A DNA stretch of 63,730 nt, the filler included, from Collodictyon triciliatum (lineage: Eukaryota), in assembly GCA_043381765.1 (NCBI GenBank). It is 7 parts of 7 records of this genome, joined end to end, with 100 filler letters (N's around TTAATTAATTAA, not from the genome) between each part and the next. Parts side by side here need not be neighbours in the genome. Positions count along the whole stretch, not along the records: positions 60,071 to 62,304 come from JBHJMP010002631.1; positions 62,405 to 63,730 come from JBHJMP010002728.1; 5 more parts are not named here. The stretch is one strand, 5' to 3'. Shown here in pieces: positions 60,180 through 63,730 of this stretch; position 1 is the first letter of the stretch; every line of letters starts with the position of its first letter. The position numbers and the translations under genes were made by a program. The notes beneath the pieces were generated by a model. It was not told the DNA's origin and made no database searches. It saw only the letters and a list, made by a program, of their open reading frames with translations.

Positions 60180-62050
60180 TCTGTCTTCACTCTTTCAAAT
60201 AAATTTGTTATGTTATTCATAGATAAATGATATATTCGACAGTAGTGTGACAAATAAGTCGCTTTTCTTCCCCTGAAGTCGCATCATCATTCTTGTAACT
60301 CTAAAAGACCTTAAATTCTTCTCCGACTTTTTTTGAAGATACATCACAGGTCTCGTTGCTATGCACGACGGGGGTTTCTTTATTTTATTTAAGAAAAAAA
60401 AAAGTATGAAATGAGCACAAAATAATGATTTCCCCCAACCACTGTTAATTGTTAAAAATCTGAACGCACCTTCCTCTGACTTCATTTCTTGAAAGTCTTC
60501 CCTTGCTTCATCAGCAAATCCTAATGCCTTAATCGCCAATCGATCGAGGCGTTTACTTAGGTCTATCCTGACCTTTGACACAGTTCTTGTTTCTGATGAT
60601 TTCATGTCGTGTGGGGCACTTTGAGCTCCTGGGGTTTGGTTATGGTTTGTAAAAGAGAATCAACGGTTCTTACAAATTAAGACGTCGATTTAAAATAGAC
60701 CCTGTCATACATGTTTTAATATGACATGGAATATTTGAAGGAAAGAATAAGAACAAATGACATCTAATATATTCGCATTTATAAAGTTGATATATCATAC
60801 TAATGTCTATCTTTCTTGCGTCCTGGTGTTTCGATTCAGCTTTGTGCATCGAGTGTATCCGACTGAAGATTGTGTTATCCAATATGTTATCCGAAACATC
60901 TTTCGCAGATTCTTGCAAAGCTTCGTGAACAGTGAGTTTCGATGCTTCCTCCAAGATAAATGATTCTTGAGATATTGATGGCGAGGGACAGTGTAGTAAC
61001 ATCGATTGTGACAAAATCTATTATTAGTTATTTGTGAATAATTTTTATAGGGACGTCAATACATCCCAAGAATCAGTATTTTTATGCCTTGAAGAATAGA
61101 GTGATTGGATATAATATTCCAAAATTGCTTTCATGCGAAGGAGTTCGAATTCGAAAGTTTCAAGATGATTTATAAGTATTGATTCCTTTAGACTGGGGTA
61201 TTTCTGCGACGCATGCATGACAATATAACATTTTTCGAACCTTTTCATCAGGGAGGCAAGGAGGTGCTGGAGAAGGGTGGTTCAGCAGGCTTTTATCTGA
61301 CAGCATCAATCCACTTGCATTCGATTTTTGTATGGAACCAGATTTATTCTTCTTTCCGGGCCTCTCTCTAGTCACAGAAGTGTTCTTTTTGACATCTTTC
61401 ATATCTTGTTGGAGAACTTGACCATTTGCATTCGAGTAAGGAGATGGATTTAACGAATCTCCACTGTGGAGTATTTTTGTCATTATATTACTTTTAAATA
61501 ACTTTTAAAATGGAAAAATAGGCACTTTATTCTGACAAACTATTAGAACACAATTTCACATAAAAAATTATAAAATAAAATGGATGGAAATATTAACTTA
61601 AGAGGGGACTCTAATATTCCTTTTTGTGGAGAAGAATTAGCATTTATTGAACTTAATGGTTTCATCTTCCATTGGTCTTCAAACGTCCTAGAAAATTGAT
61701 AAATTAATGCTATAATCATTCTCTAGCCAGGAACGAAGTGGTCACATAAAACTATACCGCAACACAACACGTAAATACAAACATTTCAAAGAACTTTTTT
61801 TGTCAGCGGTATTGACAATGGATTTGCCATATATTTCATGCCATTTCTATACATTCATAGCATTTATCTATGTTTAACTCCCATGAAAAATTTTTGGGGA
61901 GATTATCCCAATAGATGGACTCTTCTGAGAGACCAAAAGCTTAGTGATGCAGTAGGTTGGGAGACTTACAGTTGAAACACATCAACTACAGCCGGTTTCC
62001 GAGAGCCACTGTCGGACGTACTTCGGCTGCGAAAGTTTTGAACTCAAAGT
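60180..62050 (-). CDS. Internal fragment of a multi-exon hypothetical host gene
   Basis: Coding-like blocks bounded by splice-like sites at about 61240-61490, 60810-61017 and 60470-60640. No family recognised and the limits are uncertain. Confidence 0.4.
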
Positions 62051-62304
62051 GAACACTTTAAAGCATTTACAACCATTCATAATTTCTGGAGAATGTAAAA
62101 TGAAAACATTCGCCCCGAAGAGGTACCCCAGCCTCCATGATTTTCATCTTGAATCGGAGGAAGTAAAAAGAACAAAAAAGAACAAAAAAGAACAAAAAAG
62201 AACAAAAAAGAACAAAAAAGAAAAGGAAAAAGAAAAGAAAAAGAAAAGAAAAAGAGAAAAGAAAAAAAGAAAAGGAAAAAGTAAAGAAAAAAGAAAAGAA
62301 AAAA

Positions 62305-62404
62305 NNNNNNNNNNNNNNNNNNNNNNNNNNNNNNNNNNNNNNNNNNNNTTAATTAATTAANNNNNNNNNNNNNNNNNNNNNNNNNNNNNNNNNNNNNNNN
62401 NNNN
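62305..62404. other. Artificial contig linker
   Basis: 44 N + TTAATTAATTAA + 44 N. Confidence 0.97.
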
Positions 62405-62866
62405 AAACGCCTCGAACCTTCACTCAACCAAAAAGCAGCCTCAGCTCACTTTCATTTAAACAGCGATTGGCATCGATAACAAGCGACTATTTGAGACTTT
62501 GTAAGGAGTCAGTCTATTCTTGTTTTTCTTTTGCTCTATTTTCATTATAATAAAGAAAGGGAAAAAAGGAAGATAAAAAAGGAAACGAAAAAAAAAATAA
62601 AAAAAAAAAAAAAGAAAAACCAACACCAACCCAAAAACAACCTATAAAACACAAACAAAAACCGTAAAGAAAAAAAAAAAAAAAAGAAATAAACACAGAT
62701 AAAATGAAACAAAAAAAAAAAAATAAAAAAGGCGGAGGTCATAATGAATCAAGAAAAAGTAAGAATAAAAATAATAAAAACAAATCACCAACACGAGAAA
62801 CACAACCTAAGACACAAGAGAGAAAAAAAAAAAAAAAAAAAGGAGAAAAAAAAGTAAGAAAAAAGG

Positions 62867-62897
<31 letters not shown>

Positions 62898-63730
62898 AAA
62901 AAAAACAATAAAAAAAAGCAGACAACGTCTGAAACACGGGACAAAAGCCGAAAAAAAAAAAAAAATAACAACGAATAAAAAACAAACAAAAAAGAATAAA
63001 AACACCAAAACACCGATAAAAAAAAAAAATAAAAACAAAAAAAAAAAAAAGAGAAACACATATAAAAAATGCAACAGGACTTTAGGTGAGAGGTTCATAC
63101 ATATTGATCAAATGTTCTACCATATTGTCTTCAGGAGTAGTATTACAACGTCTACGGCTTATCCCAAACCAATCAACGATCCTTGGCTTGTACTGGAAAA
63201 GAACAACTACCAACCAGGATATTTCTCGAAAGGTCAACAATCAATCAAGGACGGAGCTTGCTGCCGCGTAAAAGGAAGAGGACTCGTCACCAGCCCGTTC
63301 TACCAGGGCGAACTCTAGGAAGGTAGAGTGCGAAGAGAAATCTCTCCCATCCGCCAAGGACCTCTCACGTCTAGGTATGAGGCTCTCGCAATCATACAGC
63401 ACAGTCCAGGATCTCTCAGCTTAGATAAGAAATTTTTTGCGTGTTTTTTTTTAAGACAACACCCACCAATCAATAAATTCAAGGGGCAACACTTTACTTC
63501 ACAAAAAAATTATATTAATAAACATAATCAAGACAAGATACCAGAGACTCAACCTCGTATTATACTATCATTGTTATGCGACAATGTCTATTACCACCAC
63601 CTCTTTTGCGGTGACAAAATAGCTTGGGCCGATACTGGGCGATGCACTTCAGTGATACGTCCGATATCAAAGGACACCCAGCCAAATACAACCGAACGAG
63701 GGATGTGCATGAGGAAACAAGCGAGCAAAG

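Noticed and set aside
21223-62404. Recurrent TTAATTAATTAA flanked by Ns as a biological repeat, and gene neighbourhoods across it (e.g. the virus 'inserted' next to the RhoGEF gene)
   Set aside because: These are identical 100-nt synthetic spacers joining unrelated contigs (pieces 2-4 are 10772, 10757 and 10751 nt long), so adjacency across them carries no information.
62405-63730. Lys-rich ORF, and an in-frame TAA at about 63269 hinting at stop-codon reassignment
   Set aside because: The region is largely low-quality A-rich sequence with no recognisable homology, and all conserved genes in the window read with the standard code.

Overview
This window is not one continuous locus. Seven draft-assembly pieces are joined by artificial 100-nt linkers (44 N + TTAATTAATTAA + 44 N), and there are three internal N gaps. 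Pieces 1-4 and 6 are nuclear DNA of an intron-rich, microsatellite-rich microbial eukaryote using the standard code; piece 7 is mostly low-complexity. The host is probably a free-living protist, but the taxon cannot be determined here. Genes reconstructed by hand: XPF exon 1, an N4BP1/KHNYN-like NYN ribonuclease with a WWE-like domain, a Nudix-like/dual-specificity-phosphatase protein, a decayed LINE, an MRH-domain receptor, RPL35, an At4g00755-like protein, an intron-containing PhnY*-like dioxygenase, an LRR-PP2C, NAE1, RPA2, an ABCA transporter, ABITRAM, a coiled-coil protein and a DH-PH RhoGEF. GC-AG introns look unusually frequent. Piece 5 (53903-59970) is different: intronless, gene-dense and virus-like. 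It encodes a Polinton-like-virus/virophage-type penton, an adjacent fibre protein and a coiled-coil protein of at least 1183 aa. Its two convergent genes end on a shared 32-nt palindrome that fits the Mimivirus/Sputnik 'hairpin rule', which makes this the best candidate for an undescribed system. All family assignments rest on recalled motifs, not on database searches, and exon boundaries are manual and approximate.
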